Below, one piece after another: positions 20,285 through 31,260 of a stretch of DNA of 64,000 bases. The notes below the pieces were generated by a model. It was not told the origin of the DNA and searched no databases. It saw only the letters and a list, made by a program, of their open reading frames with translations. Numbering within the stretch: position 1 is the stretch's first letter; every line of letters starts with the position of its first letter. The position numbers and the translations under genes were made by a program. Source of the stretch: Pseudomonas aeruginosa PAO1 (lineage in GTDB: Bacteria > Pseudomonadota > Gammaproteobacteria > Pseudomonadales > Pseudomonadaceae); the NCBI RefSeq assembly GCF_000006765.1, contig NC_002516.2. One strand, 5' to 3'.

Positions 20285-22789
20285 ATGCCCCGCTACCCTT
20301 TCCGCCGCTTTGGTTTTGGCGCCCTGCGCCGCCTGCTGTACCTCTGGGTACGCTCGGAAACCATCAACCAATCGGCCTTCACCCTGAAGATCGACCGCAG
20401 CAAGCCGGTGCTCTACGTGCTGCAACAGCCTTCGGTCAGCGATCTCGCGGTAGTGGATACCGAATGCCGCAAGGCCGGGCTGCCGCGTCCGGTGATGCCG
20501 GTAGCGGTAGGCGACGCCATCGAGCCGGCGGCGTTCTTCTACCTGACGCCCGAACCCGACTGGCTCGGCCGCCAGGATAAGCGCGGCGCCTCGCCGACCC
20601 TGGTGCGCATGCTCGCCGCGGTCGGCCAGAACGGTCTCGACGACGCGCAGATCATTCCGGTCAGCGTGTTCTGGGGACAATCGCCGGACAGCGAATCGAG
20701 CCCCTGGAAGCTGCTGTTCGCCGACAACTGGGCGGTCACCGGGCGCCTGCGCAAGCTGGCGCGCATCCTGATCCTCGGACGCAAGACCCGTGTGCAGTTC
20801 TCCGCGCCGATCCACCTGCGCGAGCTGGTGGAACAGGGCAAGGGCCACGAGCGCACGCTGCGCATGGTCAACCGTATCCTCCGGGTGCACTTCCGCAACC
20901 TGAAGACCGCGGTGATCGGTCCCGACCTGTCGCACCGCCGCAACCTGGTCAAGGGCCTGCTGCGCGCGCCGCTGGTACGCCAGGCGATCAGCGAGGAATG
21001 CGAGAGCGAACGGATATCCCAGGAAAAGGCCGAAGGCATCGCACTGCGCTACGCCAATGAAATCGCCTCGGACTTCTCCTATCCGGTGATCCGCTTCCTC
21101 GAAGTCATCCTCAGCTGGTTCTGGAACAAGCTGTACGAAGGGGTCAAGGTCAACCACATCGAGCGGGTGCAGGACGTGGCCCAGGGCAACGAGATCGTCT
21201 ACGTGCCCTGCCACCGCAGCCACATCGACTACCTGCTGCTCTCCTACCTGCTGTTCCGCAACGGCCTGACCCCGCCGCACATCGCCGCCGGGATCAACCT
21301 GAACATGCCGGTGATCGGCTCGATCCTGCGCCGCGGCGGGGCCTTCTTCATGCGCCGCAGCTTCAAGGGCAACCAGCTCTACACCGCGGTGTTCAACGAG
21401 TACCTGCACACCCTGTTCTCCCGCGGCTTCTCCACCGAGTACTTCGTCGAGGGCGGCCGTTCGCGCACCGGGCGCATGCTCCACCCACGCACCGGCATGC
21501 TCGCCATCACCCTGCGCAGCTTCCTCCGTGACTCGCGCCGGCCGATCGTCTTCGTGCCGGTCTACATCGGCTACGAGCGCGTGCTGGAAGGCCGCACCTA
21601 CCTCGGCGAACTGCGCGGCGCGACCAAGAAGAAGGAGTCGATCTTCGACCTGTTCAAGGTGGTCGGCGCCCTGAAGCAGCGTTTTGGCCAGGTCTGGGTG
21701 AACTTCGGCGAGCCGATCCATCTCGACCAGTTCCTCGACCGCCACCAGCCCGACTGGCAGGACCAGGACCTCGGCCCGGAATACCGCCCCGACTGGCTGC
21801 CGCAGACCACCAACCTGCTGGCCAAGGACGTCGCCCGCCACCTCAACGACGCGGCGGCGATCAACCCGGTCAACCTGGTCGCCCTGGCGCTGCTCTCCAC
21901 CAGCCGCCAGGCCCTCGACGAAAGCGCCCTGGCGCGAATCCTCGACCTCTACCTGGCGTTGCTGCGCAAGGTGCCCTACTCGCCCAGCGCGACCCTGCCG
22001 GACGGCGACGGCCAGGCCCTGATCGAATACGTGAAGAGCATGAACCTGCTGGCCGAGCAGAAGGACGCGCTGGGCCGCATCCTCTATCTCGACGAACAGA
22101 ACGCGGTGCTGGCGACCTACTACCGCAACAACGTCCTCCACGTCTTCGCCCTGCCGGCGCTGATCGCCAGCTTCTTCCAGAGCAACTCGCGGATCAGCCG
22201 CGAACAGTTGCTGCGCTTCGCCCGCGCGCTCTATCCCTACCTGCAGGCGGAACTGTTCATCCGCTGGAGCCTGGACGAACTCGACGCGGTGATCGACCAG
22301 TGGCTGGCGGCCCTGGTGGAACAGGACCTGCTGCGCCAGGAGAACGACACCTTCATCCGCCCGGCGCCAAGCTCGCGGCAATATGTGCTGCTGATCCTCC
22401 TCGCTCGTTCGGTGACCCAGACCCTGCAGCGCTTCTACATGGCCATCGCCCTGCTGCTCAACGCCGGGCAGAACGCCCTGACCGCCGAGGAACTGGAGAA
22501 CCTCTGCACCGTGATGGCCCAGCGCCTGTCGATCCTGCATGGCCTGAACGCCCCGGAGTTCTTCGACAAGAGCCTGTTCCGCCACTTCATCCAGACCCTT
22601 CTCGACCTGCGCGTGCTGCGCAAGGACGAGGCCGGCAAGCTGAGCTACCACGAACTGCTCGGCGAACTGGCCGAAGGCGCCGCCAAGCGCGTGCTGCCGG
22701 CGGAGATCCGTCTGTCGATCCGCCAGGTGGCGCTGGAGCGCCCCGCCGAGGAAGCCGCCGCCGAAAGCAACGACGCGGCCGCCAACTGA
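20285..22789 (+). CDS. plsB: Glycerol-3-phosphate acyltransferase (834 aa)
   Basis: HRSHIDY (HX4D), GAFFMRR and [10 protein letters not shown] acyltransferase blocks. Confidence 0.97.
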   Translation: MPRYPFRRFGFGALRRLLYLWVRSETINQSAFTLKIDRSKPVLYVLQQPSVSDLAVVDTECRKAGLPRPVMPVAVGDAIEPAAFFYLTPEPDWLGRQDKRGASPTLVRMLAAVGQNGLDDAQIIPVSVFWGQSPDSESSPWKLLFADNWAVTGRLRKLARILILGRKTRVQFSAPIHLRELVEQGKGHERTLRMVNRILRVHFRNLKTAVIGPDLSHRRNLVKGLLRAPLVRQAISEECESERISQEKAEGIALRYANEIASDFSYPVIRFLEVILSWFWNKLYEGVKVNHIERVQDVAQGNEIVYVPCHRSHIDYLLLSYLLFRNGLTPPHIAAGINLNMPVIGSILRRGGAFFMRRSFKGNQLYTAVFNEYLHTLFSRGFSTEYFVEGGRSRTGRMLHPRTGMLAITLRSFLRDSRRPIVFVPVYIGYERVLEGRTYLGELRGATKKKESIFDLFKVVGALKQRFGQVWVNFGEPIHLDQFLDRHQPDWQDQDLGPEYRPDWLPQTTNLLAKDVARHLNDAAAINPVNLVALALLSTSRQALDESALARILDLYLALLRKVPYSPSATLPDGDGQALIEYVKSMNLLAEQKDALGRILYLDEQNAVLATYYRNNVLHVFALPALIASFFQSNSRISREQLLRFARALYPYLQAELFIRWSLDELDAVIDQWLAALVEQDLLRQENDTFIRPAPSSRQYVLLILLARSVTQTLQRFYMAIALLLNAGQNALTAEELENLCTVMAQRLSILHGLNAPEFFDKSLFRHFIQTLLDLRVLRKDEAGKLSYHELLGELAEGAAKRVLPAEIRLSIRQVALERPAEEAAAESNDAAAN

Positions 22790-22932
22790 AGCCCGGCGCC
22801 CGCCCCGCGAGGGACGGGCGTCGCTCCGCTGAAATATCCTGCGACCTTTCCCTGTTCCGGCCCGGCAACCTATGCTGGTTTCCCGGGTCAGAGGCCCGCT
22901 CGTTTTTTTGTTCCGTCTGAAAGGAGGCTCCC

Positions 22933-23331
22933 ATGAAAAAACTGCCATTGCTGCTCGCCGCCAGCATTCTCGCCGGCTGCGGTACCCAGCAATCGACTTC
23001 GAACGCCAGCTTCGATGGTGAGGTCTTCTACCGCGAGCGTATCGCCCTGCCGCCCTCGGCGCGCCTGAGCGTGAGCCTGGAAGACGTGTCCCTGGCCGAC
23101 GCCCCCTCGGTGCAGTTGGCCAGCCAGACCCGCGAGATCACCAGCCAGGTGCCGCTGGCGTTCCACCTGGAGTACGACCCGAAGCAGGTCAAGCCGGGCC
23201 ACAGCTATGCGGTGAGCGCGCGCATCGAGCTGAACGGCCAGTTGCTGTTCATCAACACCACCCGCCACTCGGTGAAACTCGACGGCAGCGACCCGCAGCC
23301 CTATCGCGTGCAGGTCGAATCGGCGCGCTGA
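22933..23331 (+). CDS. YbaY-family lipoprotein
   Basis: Lipobox ILAG-C; GEVFYRERIALPP and YAVSARI motifs; AAGGAGG SD. Confidence 0.9.
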   Translation: MKKLPLLLAASILAGCGTQQSTSNASFDGEVFYRERIALPPSARLSVSLEDVSLADAPSVQLASQTREITSQVPLAFHLEYDPKQVKPGHSYAVSARIELNGQLLFINTTRHSVKLDGSDPQPYRVQVESAR

Positions 23332-23467
23332 AGCACACCGCGGCATGCCGCCGGTGCGAACCGGCGGTTCCCTCCAGTACACTCCACCTCCTATTCGCTA
23401 CCGGTTGCCGATCCACCTCACGACGAGCGGCCGGATACCCCGTACGTTCCACATCAAGGACGCTGTC

Positions 23468-24148
23468 ATGTTCCGACTCACTGCCCTCTGCGCCGGCCTG
23501 CTACTCTCGGCCAACGCCCTCGCCCTGTCCCTCGCCGACCTGTCGCAGAACGACGCCTCCAGCGGCCTGAAGGACGCCCTGACCCAGGGCGCGCAGATCG
23601 CCGTCCGCCAGCTTGGCCAGCCGGGCGGCTTCAACAACAACCCGGACGTGCGCATCGAACTGCCCGGCAAGCTGGGCAAGGCGGCGAAGCTGATGAAGCA
23701 GTTCGGCATGGGCGCCCAGGTCGACCAGCTCGAGGCGAGCATGAACCGCGCCGCCGAGGCTGCCGTGCCGCAGGCCCAGGGCCTGCTGGTGGAGGCGGTG
23801 AAGAAGATGACCGTGGCCGACGCCAAGGGCATCCTCAAGGGCGGTGACGACGCCGCCACCGAATACCTGGACAAGTCCAGCCGCGAACAGCTGCGCGCGA
23901 AGTTCCTGCCGATCGTCAAGCAGGCCACCGACGAGGTCGGCCTGGTCAAGCAGTACAACGCCTTCGCCAGCCAGGCGGCGACCCTTGGGGTGGTCGATGC
24001 GAAGAGCGCCAACGTCGAGGGCTATGTCACCGAGCAGGCCCTCGACGGGCTCTTCGAGATGATCGCCAGGCAGGAGAAGAGCATCCGCCAGAACCCGGCG
24101 GCTGCCGCCACCGGCCTGGCCAAGAAGGTCTTCGGCGCGGCCAGGTGA
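23468..24148 (+). CDS. DUF4197-family exported protein (226 aa)
   Basis: Signal peptide; SMNRAAEAAVP, ILKGGDDAATEYL and ALDGLF...EKSIRQNP patterns. Confidence 0.85.
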   Translation: MFRLTALCAGLLLSANALALSLADLSQNDASSGLKDALTQGAQIAVRQLGQPGGFNNNPDVRIELPGKLGKAAKLMKQFGMGAQVDQLEASMNRAAEAAVPQAQGLLVEAVKKMTVADAKGILKGGDDAATEYLDKSSREQLRAKFLPIVKQATDEVGLVKQYNAFASQAATLGVVDAKSANVEGYVTEQALDGLFEMIARQEKSIRQNPAAAATGLAKKVFGAAR

Positions 24149-24187
24149 GTCGACGGACGGGGCGCGATCGCCCCGTCCCTTCTCCCG

Positions 24188-27100
24188 TCAGGCCCGCGCC
24201 TCGTCCTTCTTCACGCGGAACCAGGCGGCATAGAGCGCCGGCAGGAACAGCAGGGTGAGCACGGTGGCGACGATCAGCCCGCCCATGATCGCCACCGCCA
24301 TCGGCCCGAAGAACACGCTGCGCGACAGCGGGATCATCGCCAGCACCGCCGCCAGCGCGGTCAGCACGATGGGCCTGAAACGCCGCACGGTAGCCTCGAT
24401 GATGGCGTGCCAGCGATCCAGTCCATGGCTGATGTCCTGTTCGATCTGGTCCACCAGGATCACCGAGTTGCGCATGATCATGCCGGCCAGGGCGATGGTC
24501 CCGAGCATCGCCACGAAGCCGAACGGCTGGCGGAACAGCAGCAGGAACAGGGTCACGCCGATCAGGCCCAGCGGTGCGGTGAGGAATACCATCGCCATCC
24601 GCGAGAAGCTGCGCAACTGCACCATCAGCAGGCTCAACACCACCACGATGAACAGCGGCACGCCGGCGTTCACCGAACTCTGGCCCTTCGCCGCGTCCTC
24701 CACCGTGCCGCCCACCTCCAGCAGGTAGCCGTCCGGCAACTCGGCGCGGATCGGTTCCAGGGTCGGGGCGATCTGCGCGACCAGGGTCGCCGGCAGCGAA
24801 TCGTCGTAGATATCGGCGCGCACGGTGACCGTCGGCAGGCGGTTGCGGTGCCAGATGATGCCCTCTTCGAAGCCGTATTCGAGCGTAGCGATCTGCGACA
24901 GCGCCACGCTCCGGCCATTCTCGGTCGGCACCGCCAGGCTCGGCAGCAACGACAGGTCACGACGCTCCTGCTCGGTGCCGCGCAGGAGGATCTCGATCAG
25001 CTCGTTGTCTTCGCGGAAGAAGCTCACGTGCGAGCCGGTCAGCGCGCTCTGCAGGAACTGCGACAGGCTGGCGGTGCTCACCCCCAGGGCACGGGCGCGC
25101 TCCTGGTCGATGCTCAGGTACACCACCTTGCTCGGCTCTTCCCAATCCAGGTGCACATTCACCACGTGCGGGTTCTCGCGCATCTTGTCGGCGACCTTGC
25201 GCGCCAGTTCGCGAACCTGCGGGATGTCCTCGCCGGAAACCCGGAACTGCACCGGATAGCCCACCGGCGGCCCGTTCTCCAGGCGACTGATGCGGCTGCG
25301 CAGGTGCGGGAAGTCCTCGTTCATCCGCTCGATCAGCCACTTGCGCAGCGCCTCGCGGCTCTCCAGGTCCTTGGCCAGCACCACCACCTGGGCGAAGCTG
25401 GCCGCCGGCAATTGCTGGTCCAGCGGCAGGTAGAAGCGGGGCGAGCCGGTGCCGACGTAGGCCACGTAGTTGTCGATGCCGTCATGGCCCTGCAGCATTT
25501 TTTCCAGGCGCTGGACTTCCTCGCCGGTAGAGCGCAGTGAGGCACCCTCCGCCAGCTTGATGTCCAGCAGCAGCTCCAGGCGCGCCGAGGGCGGGAAGAA
25601 CTGCTGCGGCACCAGGCGGAACAGCAGCAGCGCGCCGACGAAGGCCGCGAGAGTCAGGACGATCACCGTCTTGCGGTAGCGCACGCACCACTCCACCAGA
25701 CGCCGGAAGCGCTGGTAGAAGGCCGTAGCATAGGGATCGTAGCCATCGGCGCTGCCGCCGTGCTTCTGCGCGTGCAACCTGGCCAGGTCCGGCAGCAGCT
25801 TGGCCCCCAGGTAGGGAACGAAGACCACCGCGGCGAACCAGGAGACCACCAGGGCGATGGTCACCACCTGGAACAACGAGCGGGTGTATTCGCCGGTGCC
25901 GGACTGCGCGGTGGCGATCGGCAGGAAGCCGGCGGCGGTGATCAGGGTGCCGGTGAGCATCGGGAAGGCGGTGCTGGTCCAGGCGAAGCTGGCCGCCTTG
26001 AGGCGGTCGTAGCCCTGCTCCATCTTCACCGCCATCATCTCCACCGCGATGATCGCGTCGTCCACCAGTAATCCCAGCGCCAGCACCAGGGCGCCGAGGG
26101 AGATCTTGTGCAGGCCGATGCCGAAGTAATGCATGGCGGCGAAGGTCATCGCCAGCACCAGCGGGATCGACAGCGCCACCACCAGGCCGGTGCGCAGGCC
26201 GAGGGAGAAGAAGCTCACCAGCAGGACGATCACCAGCGCCTCGGCCAGCACCCGGATGAACTCGCCGACCCCGGTACGTACCGCCGCCGGCTGGTCGGAC
26301 ACCTTGCGCAGTTCCAGTCCGGCCGGCAGCGACTGCTGCAGGCGGGCGAACTCGGTTTCCAGGGCCTTGCCCAGCACCAGGATGTCGCCGCCCGGCTTCA
26401 TCGCTACCGCCAGGCCGATGGCGTCCTCGCCCATGAAGCGCATGCGCGGCGCCGGCGGATCGTTGAAGCCGCGGCGAACCTCGGCCACGTCGCCGATGCG
26501 GAAGGTGCGGTCGCCGACGCGGATGGGGAAGTCGCGGATCTCCTCCACCGAATCGAAACGCCCGGAAACGCGCAACTGCACGCGGTCGCTGGCGGTCTCG
26601 AAGAACCCGGAGGAGGCCACCGCGTTCTGTTCCTCCAGCGCCTTCTGTACCGCCGCCAGGGGCAGGCCGAGGGTGGCCAGCTTGGTGTTGGACAGGTCGA
26701 TCCAGATCTTCTCGTCCTGCAGGCCGATCAGCTCGACCTTGCCGACGTTCCTGATCCGCTGCAATTGCAGTTGCAGGCGGTCGGCATAGTCCTTCATCAC
26801 CGCGTAGTCGAAGCCCTTGCCGGTGAGCGCATAGATGTTGCCGTAGGTGGTGCCGAACTCGTCGTTGAAGAACGGGCCCTGGATGCTTTGCGGCAAGGTG
26901 GCGCGAATGTCGCTGATCTTCTTGCGGATCTGGTACCAGAGTTCGGGGATCTCGCTGGAATGGATGTCCTCGCGGGCCATGAAGGTCACCTGCGAGACGC
27001 CGGGGCGGGAGAAGGACACGATGCGATCGTAGTCGCCGGTTTCCATCAGCTTCTTCTCGATACGCTCGGTGACCTGCCGGGCCACCTCTTCGGCGCTGGC

Positions 27101-27265
27101 GCCCGGCCAGTTGGTCTGCACCACCATGGCCTTGAAGGTGAACGGCGGGTCTTCGCTCTGCCCCAGCTTGCTGTAGGACAGCGCGCCGACCGCGCCAAGC
27201 AGGATCATCAGGTACAGGACGATCTGGCGATTCTGCAACGCCCAGGCGGAAAGGTTGAAGGACAT
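24188..27265 (-). CDS. mexK: RND efflux transporter MexK (1025 aa)
   Basis: RND architecture with LVDDAII and RFRPI motifs; adjacent MFP and TetR genes. Confidence 0.93.
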   Translation of the reverse strand: MSFNLSAWALQNRQIVLYLMILLGAVGALSYSKLGQSEDPPFTFKAMVVQTNWPGASAEEVARQVTERIEKKLMETGDYDRIVSFSRPGVSQVTFMAREDIHSSEIPELWYQIRKKISDIRATLPQSIQGPFFNDEFGTTYGNIYALTGKGFDYAVMKDYADRLQLQLQRIRNVGKVELIGLQDEKIWIDLSNTKLATLGLPLAAVQKALEEQNAVASSGFFETASDRVQLRVSGRFDSVEEIRDFPIRVGDRTFRIGDVAEVRRGFNDPPAPRMRFMGEDAIGLAVAMKPGGDILVLGKALETEFARLQQSLPAGLELRKVSDQPAAVRTGVGEFIRVLAEALVIVLLVSFFSLGLRTGLVVALSIPLVLAMTFAAMHYFGIGLHKISLGALVLALGLLVDDAIIAVEMMAVKMEQGYDRLKAASFAWTSTAFPMLTGTLITAAGFLPIATAQSGTGEYTRSLFQVVTIALVVSWFAAVVFVPYLGAKLLPDLARLHAQKHGGSADGYDPYATAFYQRFRRLVEWCVRYRKTVIVLTLAAFVGALLLFRLVPQQFFPPSARLELLLDIKLAEGASLRSTGEEVQRLEKMLQGHDGIDNYVAYVGTGSPRFYLPLDQQLPAASFAQVVVLAKDLESREALRKWLIERMNEDFPHLRSRISRLENGPPVGYPVQFRVSGEDIPQVRELARKVADKMRENPHVVNVHLDWEEPSKVVYLSIDQERARALGVSTASLSQFLQSALTGSHVSFFREDNELIEILLRGTEQERRDLSLLPSLAVPTENGRSVALSQIATLEYGFEEGIIWHRNRLPTVTVRADIYDDSLPATLVAQIAPTLEPIRAELPDGYLLEVGGTVEDAAKGQSSVNAGVPLFIVVVLSLLMVQLRSFSRMAMVFLTAPLGLIGVTLFLLLFRQPFGFVAMLGTIALAGMIMRNSVILVDQIEQDISHGLDRWHAIIEATVRRFRPIVLTALAAVLAMIPLSRSVFFGPMAVAIMGGLIVATVLTLLFLPALYAAWFRVKKDEARA

Positions 27266-27269
27266 GCGA

Positions 27270-28373
27270 CTACTCCTTGGCCGCCAGTTTCACCGTGCGG
27301 TTGGCCCGGTCGATCGGACGCACCTGCTGCCCTTCGCGAAGCACCTGGACCCCGGTGGCCACCACCCAGTCGCCAGCCTTCAGGCCTTCGAGCACCGGCA
27401 CCCGGTCCTCGGCATAGGGACCGGTGCGCACCGCCTGCCGGCGCAGGGTCGAGCTGCCCGGCTCGACCACCCAGACGAACGCCTGGCCGGCCTCTGCGGT
27501 CAGCGCCGACAAGGGAACCGATAACGGCACCGCCTCGGCGGCGGCGACGTAGACCCGCGCGCTCTGGCCCAGTTCGGCCGGAGTCGCGCGGTCGTCGAAG
27601 GCCACCCGGGCGGCGAAGGTACGCGATTGCGGATCGGCCGCGGGCGAGAGCTCGCGGATATGCCCGGCGAAGCGTCTGTCGCGTTGCGACCAGAGTTCGA
27701 CCGACACCGGCTGGCCGATGCGGAAACGTTCGAAGCTGTGTTCCGGCAGGCCGATCAGCACCTCGCGTTCGCCGTCGGCGGCCAGGCTGAAGACCGTCTG
27801 TCCGGCCGCCACCACCTGGCCCACCTCGACGCGCCGGCTGGCGATCACGCCATCCTGGGGCGAGCGCAGCACGGCGTAGCCGGCCTGGTTGTCGGCGACG
27901 TTGAATTCGGCGCGGATCTGCTTCAGCCGCGCCTCGCCGGCGCGGTAGCTGTTCTGGATGTTCTCGAACTGGGAATGGCTGACCAGGTTGCGGTCGAGCA
28001 AGGTGCGGTAGCGCCGGTACTCGGCGCGCACGGTCTGCAAGTTGGCCTCGGCGGCACTGACCTGGGCCCGCGCCGCCTCCAGTTGCAGGCGCACGTCCTG
28101 GGGATCGAGTTCGGCCAGGGGCTGGTCCTTCTTTACCCGCTCGCCGACTTCCACCAGCCGGCGGATGACCTTGCCGCCGATGCGGAAGGCCAGCTCCGGC
28201 TCGTGGCGGGCGCGGATCTCGCCGGGAAAGGCCTGGCTCACCTCCCCCGCCGGCTGGGGCTGGACGACGATCGCCGGACGCGCCGCGGCTGGCGGCGGCG
28301 TGCCGTTGCCGCAGGCGGCGAGGAACAGGGAGGAAAACAGGGACAGGGCGACGAGCGGGATATGGCGGTACAT
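27270..28373 (-). CDS. mexJ: RND membrane fusion lipoprotein MexJ (367 aa)
   Basis: Lipobox LAA-C; lipoyl and hairpin motifs (LRSPQDGVI). Confidence 0.93.
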   Translation of the reverse strand: MYRHIPLVALSLFSSLFLAACGNGTPPPAAARPAIVVQPQPAGEVSQAFPGEIRARHEPELAFRIGGKVIRRLVEVGERVKKDQPLAELDPQDVRLQLEAARAQVSAAEANLQTVRAEYRRYRTLLDRNLVSHSQFENIQNSYRAGEARLKQIRAEFNVADNQAGYAVLRSPQDGVIASRRVEVGQVVAAGQTVFSLAADGEREVLIGLPEHSFERFRIGQPVSVELWSQRDRRFAGHIRELSPAADPQSRTFAARVAFDDRATPAELGQSARVYVAAAEAVPLSVPLSALTAEAGQAFVWVVEPGSSTLRRQAVRTGPYAEDRVPVLEGLKAGDWVVATGVQVLREGQQVRPIDRANRTVKLAAKE

Positions 28374-28405
28374 GTGACACCTTCCGCAAACTGCGTTCGA
28401 GTTCT

Positions 28406-28453
28406 TATACTGGGCGGTATAGTAAAAATACAGAACCCATCAGTCCAGTATTT
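28406..28453. promoter_or_regulatory. mexJ/mexL divergent control region with inverted repeats (likely MexL operator)
   Basis: AAATAC(28426-31)-N16-GTATTT(28448-53) and TATAC(28406-10)-N6-GTATA(28417-21). Confidence 0.6.
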
Positions 28454-28468
28454 CAATTGTATAAGCGC

Positions 28469-29107
28469 ATGTCAGAATCCACCTCCTCCGTCGGTCCCGG
28501 CCGGCCCAAGGACCCGGCCAAACGGGAAGCCATTCTCGAGGCGGCCAAGCGCCTGTTCCTCTGCAACGGCTACGACGGCAGCAGCATGGAAGCCATCGCC
28601 TCGGAAGCCGGCGTTTCCAAGCTCACCGTCTACAGCCACTTCACCGACAAGGAAACCCTGTTCAGCGAAGCGGTGAAGGCCAAGTGCGCCGAGCAGCTTC
28701 CCGCCCTGTACTTCCAGCTGGCCGAAGGCGCGCCACTGGAAAAGGTCCTGCTGAATATCGCCCGCGGCTTCCACCGGCTGATCAACAGCCACGAGGCGAT
28801 CGCCCTGACCCGCCTGATGGCCGCGCAGGCCGGGCAGAACCCCAAGCTTTCCGAGCTGTTCTTCGAGGCCGGGCCGAAGCAGGTGATCGACGAGATGGAA
28901 CGCCTCCTCGAGCAGGCCCGCCGCAGCGGCAAGCTGGCGTTCCCGGACGCGCGCCACGCCGCCGAACACTTCTTCATGCTGGTCAAGGGCTGCGCCAATT
29001 ACCGTCTGTTGATCGGCTGCGCCGAACCGCTGGACGAGGCCGAAGGCGAGCGGCACGTGGAAGAAGTGGTGGCGCTGTTCCTGCGCGCCTTCGCCGCGGG
29101 CGGCTGA
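28469..29107 (+). CDS. mexL: TetR-family regulator MexL (212 aa)
   Basis: HTH SMEAIASEAGVSKLTVYSHF; divergent from mexJK. Confidence 0.93.
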   Translation: MSESTSSVGPGRPKDPAKREAILEAAKRLFLCNGYDGSSMEAIASEAGVSKLTVYSHFTDKETLFSEAVKAKCAEQLPALYFQLAEGAPLEKVLLNIARGFHRLINSHEAIALTRLMAAQAGQNPKLSELFFEAGPKQVIDEMERLLEQARRSGKLAFPDARHAAEHFFMLVKGCANYRLLIGCAEPLDEAEGERHVEEVVALFLRAFAAGG

Positions 29108-29113
29108 GGCAGC

Positions 29114-30391
29114 TCAGGCGCGACGGCGGAAACGCACCCGCGCTCGCTGCGGACGCAGGGAAAACCAGCCGCGCGGCGCCAGGTCGCCGTCGTGCATGAT
29201 GTCCCAGTGCTCGACCCAGTAGGCCAGCGCCGCCGCCAGATCGATCATCGCCATCGCGGTGCCGGGGCAGGCGCGGTCGCCGAGGCCGAAGGGGAAGTAG
29301 GCGCCGCGCGGCCAGCGCGCCGGTTCGAGGAAGCGCTCGGGACGGAACTCCAGCGGCGCCTCGAACCAACGGGGATCGCGCTGGGTGATCCAGCTCGAGA
29401 CCATGGTCACGTCGCCGCGCTTCAGCCGCTGGCCGAACACCTCGATGTCCGCCGTCACCTGCCGCGGCGCCAGGCCGTAGGCCGGCGGGTACAGGCGCAG
29501 GCACTCCTGCAGGACCGCCCTGAGCAGCGCGCAATCGCGCAGGTCGGCGACCGAGCGGATCGCCGTCCAATTCACTCCCGCCAGCTCGGCGCGTAGCCGC
29601 GCGAGCAACTCGGGACGCTGGGCCAGCAGCAACAGGCTCCAGGTCAGGGTCACTCCAGTGGACTGGTGGGACGCCATGAGCAGGGTGCAGAGTTCATCGC
29701 GTAGGTCCGCCAGCGGCCGCGGCGAGCGCTCCGCCACCTCGCCCACCGCCTCGCGCAACTGGCCCAGCGCCCAGCGCTTGCGCGGACACAGTTTGCTCGG
29801 GAACCAGTGGCCCAGCGGCAGGCCGGTGCTCATTTCCAGCAATGCCACCCGCGACAGCAGGCGCACCGCCTTGGCGATCCGATAGGCCGACGGTTGCAGG
29901 TCGACGTCAAACAGCGCGTGACCGCTGAGGGTGACGCTGAACGCAGCCATTTCCAGGTCGAGGTCGTATTCGCGCCCCTCCTCCACCCGCTCGCCCCACT
30001 CCGCGGCCAGGCGGCGAACCTCGCTGGCCGGCGGCGGCGCCAGGTGCGGCCGTACCTCCTTGCGCCGGGCCTGGGCGGGGGCGCCCTCACGCATCATGAA
30101 GCTGCGCCCGTTCCACTGTTTCAGCATGCACAGCGCCGGCTGCCAGCGTTGCAGGTCATCGCGGCGATCGACCATCAATTCCTGCACCGCCTGCGGATGG
30201 AACAGGCACCAGAGGCGCTGCGGGCCCATGCGGGCAACCGCGAGGTCCGGCTGCGCGACGTGCATCTTCTGCAACCAGGCCAGCGGATCGCGCTGCATCT
30301 CCAGCCAGTGGCGGACACCGGCACGCCCGTCGTTGGCCCAGGGCAGGTGCGCCAGGCGCCGGCGAATCGGACAATCGATGGTCTGCTGCAT
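29114..30391 (-). CDS. Cytochrome P450 (orphan, 425 aa)
   Basis: Heme motif FGLGDRACPG, ExxR (ECLR) and PERF motifs. Confidence 0.93.
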   Translation of the reverse strand: MQQTIDCPIRRRLAHLPWANDGRAGVRHWLEMQRDPLAWLQKMHVAQPDLAVARMGPQRLWCLFHPQAVQELMVDRRDDLQRWQPALCMLKQWNGRSFMMREGAPAQARRKEVRPHLAPPPASEVRRLAAEWGERVEEGREYDLDLEMAAFSVTLSGHALFDVDLQPSAYRIAKAVRLLSRVALLEMSTGLPLGHWFPSKLCPRKRWALGQLREAVGEVAERSPRPLADLRDELCTLLMASHQSTGVTLTWSLLLLAQRPELLARLRAELAGVNWTAIRSVADLRDCALLRAVLQECLRLYPPAYGLAPRQVTADIEVFGQRLKRGDVTMVSSWITQRDPRWFEAPLEFRPERFLEPARWPRGAYFPFGLGDRACPGTAMAMIDLAAALAYWVEHWDIMHDGDLAPRGWFSLRPQRARVRFRRRA

Positions 30392-30419
30392 GCTCGCCGC
30401 CTCCCTGCGGTGTCGACAC

Positions 30420-31205
30420 TCAGCCCTTGCCCAGGGCCTTCTTCGGATAGATGTCGTAGCGGCTGGACTTGCCTTCCAGGCTATAGCCGGGCTTGGGCCC
30501 TTCGATGATCGGCGCCTTGCGCGGGCGCTTCACCACCACCCGGTGGCTGGCCAGGGCCAGAGCCGCCTGCAACAGCGCCGGGGCGTCGAGATCGTCGCCC
30601 ACCAGCGGCCGGAACAGACGCATTTCCTTCTTCACCAATGCGCTCTTGTCGCGATGGGGAAACATCGGGTCGAGGTAGACCACCTGCGGCGCCTCGCCAT
30701 CCCAGGCGCGCATCAGGTCCGCCGAGTTGCCGCCGAGCAGACGCATCCGCGCGGCGATCGGCGCCACGTCGGGATCGCGCCGGGCGCGCTCCAGGCCATC
30801 CTCGAGCAGGGCGGCGATCAGCGGCTGGCGCTCGACCAGGGTCACCTCGCAGCCCAGGCTGGCGAGGACGAACCCATCCCGGCCCAGGCCGGCCGTGGCG
30901 TCCAGGACCCGCGGACGGATGCCTGGCTGGACGCCGACCGCCTTGGCGATCATCTGTCCGCTGCCGCCGCCGAACTTGCGCCGGTGGGCGCTGGCGCCCT
31001 CGACGAAATCGACCCGCACCGGACCGGGGGAGTCCGCCCCCAGTTGCAAGACCTGCAAGCCCTGCTCGCCGACCTGCACGGCGAACTCCGCCTCGTCGTC
31101 CGCCGCCAGCGGCAGGCCGAGCCGCTCCGCCCAGCGCCGCGCAGCCTCGGCGCAATCGGCGGACAGGGCTTGGACATGCAGGCGAGGAGCGGCGGAATCG
31201 GTCAT
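30420..31205 (-). CDS. rsmJ: 16S rRNA m2G1516 methyltransferase (261 aa)
   Basis: [15 protein letters not shown] motif, [15 protein letters not shown] and SRYDIY. Confidence 0.92.
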   Translation of the reverse strand: MTDSAAPRLHVQALSADCAEAARRWAERLGLPLAADDEAEFAVQVGEQGLQVLQLGADSPGPVRVDFVEGASAHRRKFGGGSGQMIAKAVGVQPGIRPRVLDATAGLGRDGFVLASLGCEVTLVERQPLIAALLEDGLERARRDPDVAPIAARMRLLGGNSADLMRAWDGEAPQVVYLDPMFPHRDKSALVKKEMRLFRPLVGDDLDAPALLQAALALASHRVVVKRPRKAPIIEGPKPGYSLEGKSSRYDIYPKKALGKG

Positions 31206-31260
31206 GGTCGGACAATCGTCGGGGAAAGCGCGGATTTTGCCAGAGTTGGCCCGCACGCGC

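Noticed and set aside
22870-22876. CTATGCT as an RpoS -10 for the YbaY-family gene
   Set aside because: A single 7-mer with one mismatch and no supporting element; too weak to call
20264-22948. 894-aa ORF antisense to plsB, and similar long antisense ORFs over glnD, cadA, lysS, the ABC operon and others
   Set aside because: Expected shadow ORFs from strong GC3 codon bias; they mirror real genes and carry no recognisable motifs
24188-29107. RND pump lacking an outer-membrane factor gene
   Set aside because: A known property of mexJK, which uses outer-membrane channels encoded elsewhere
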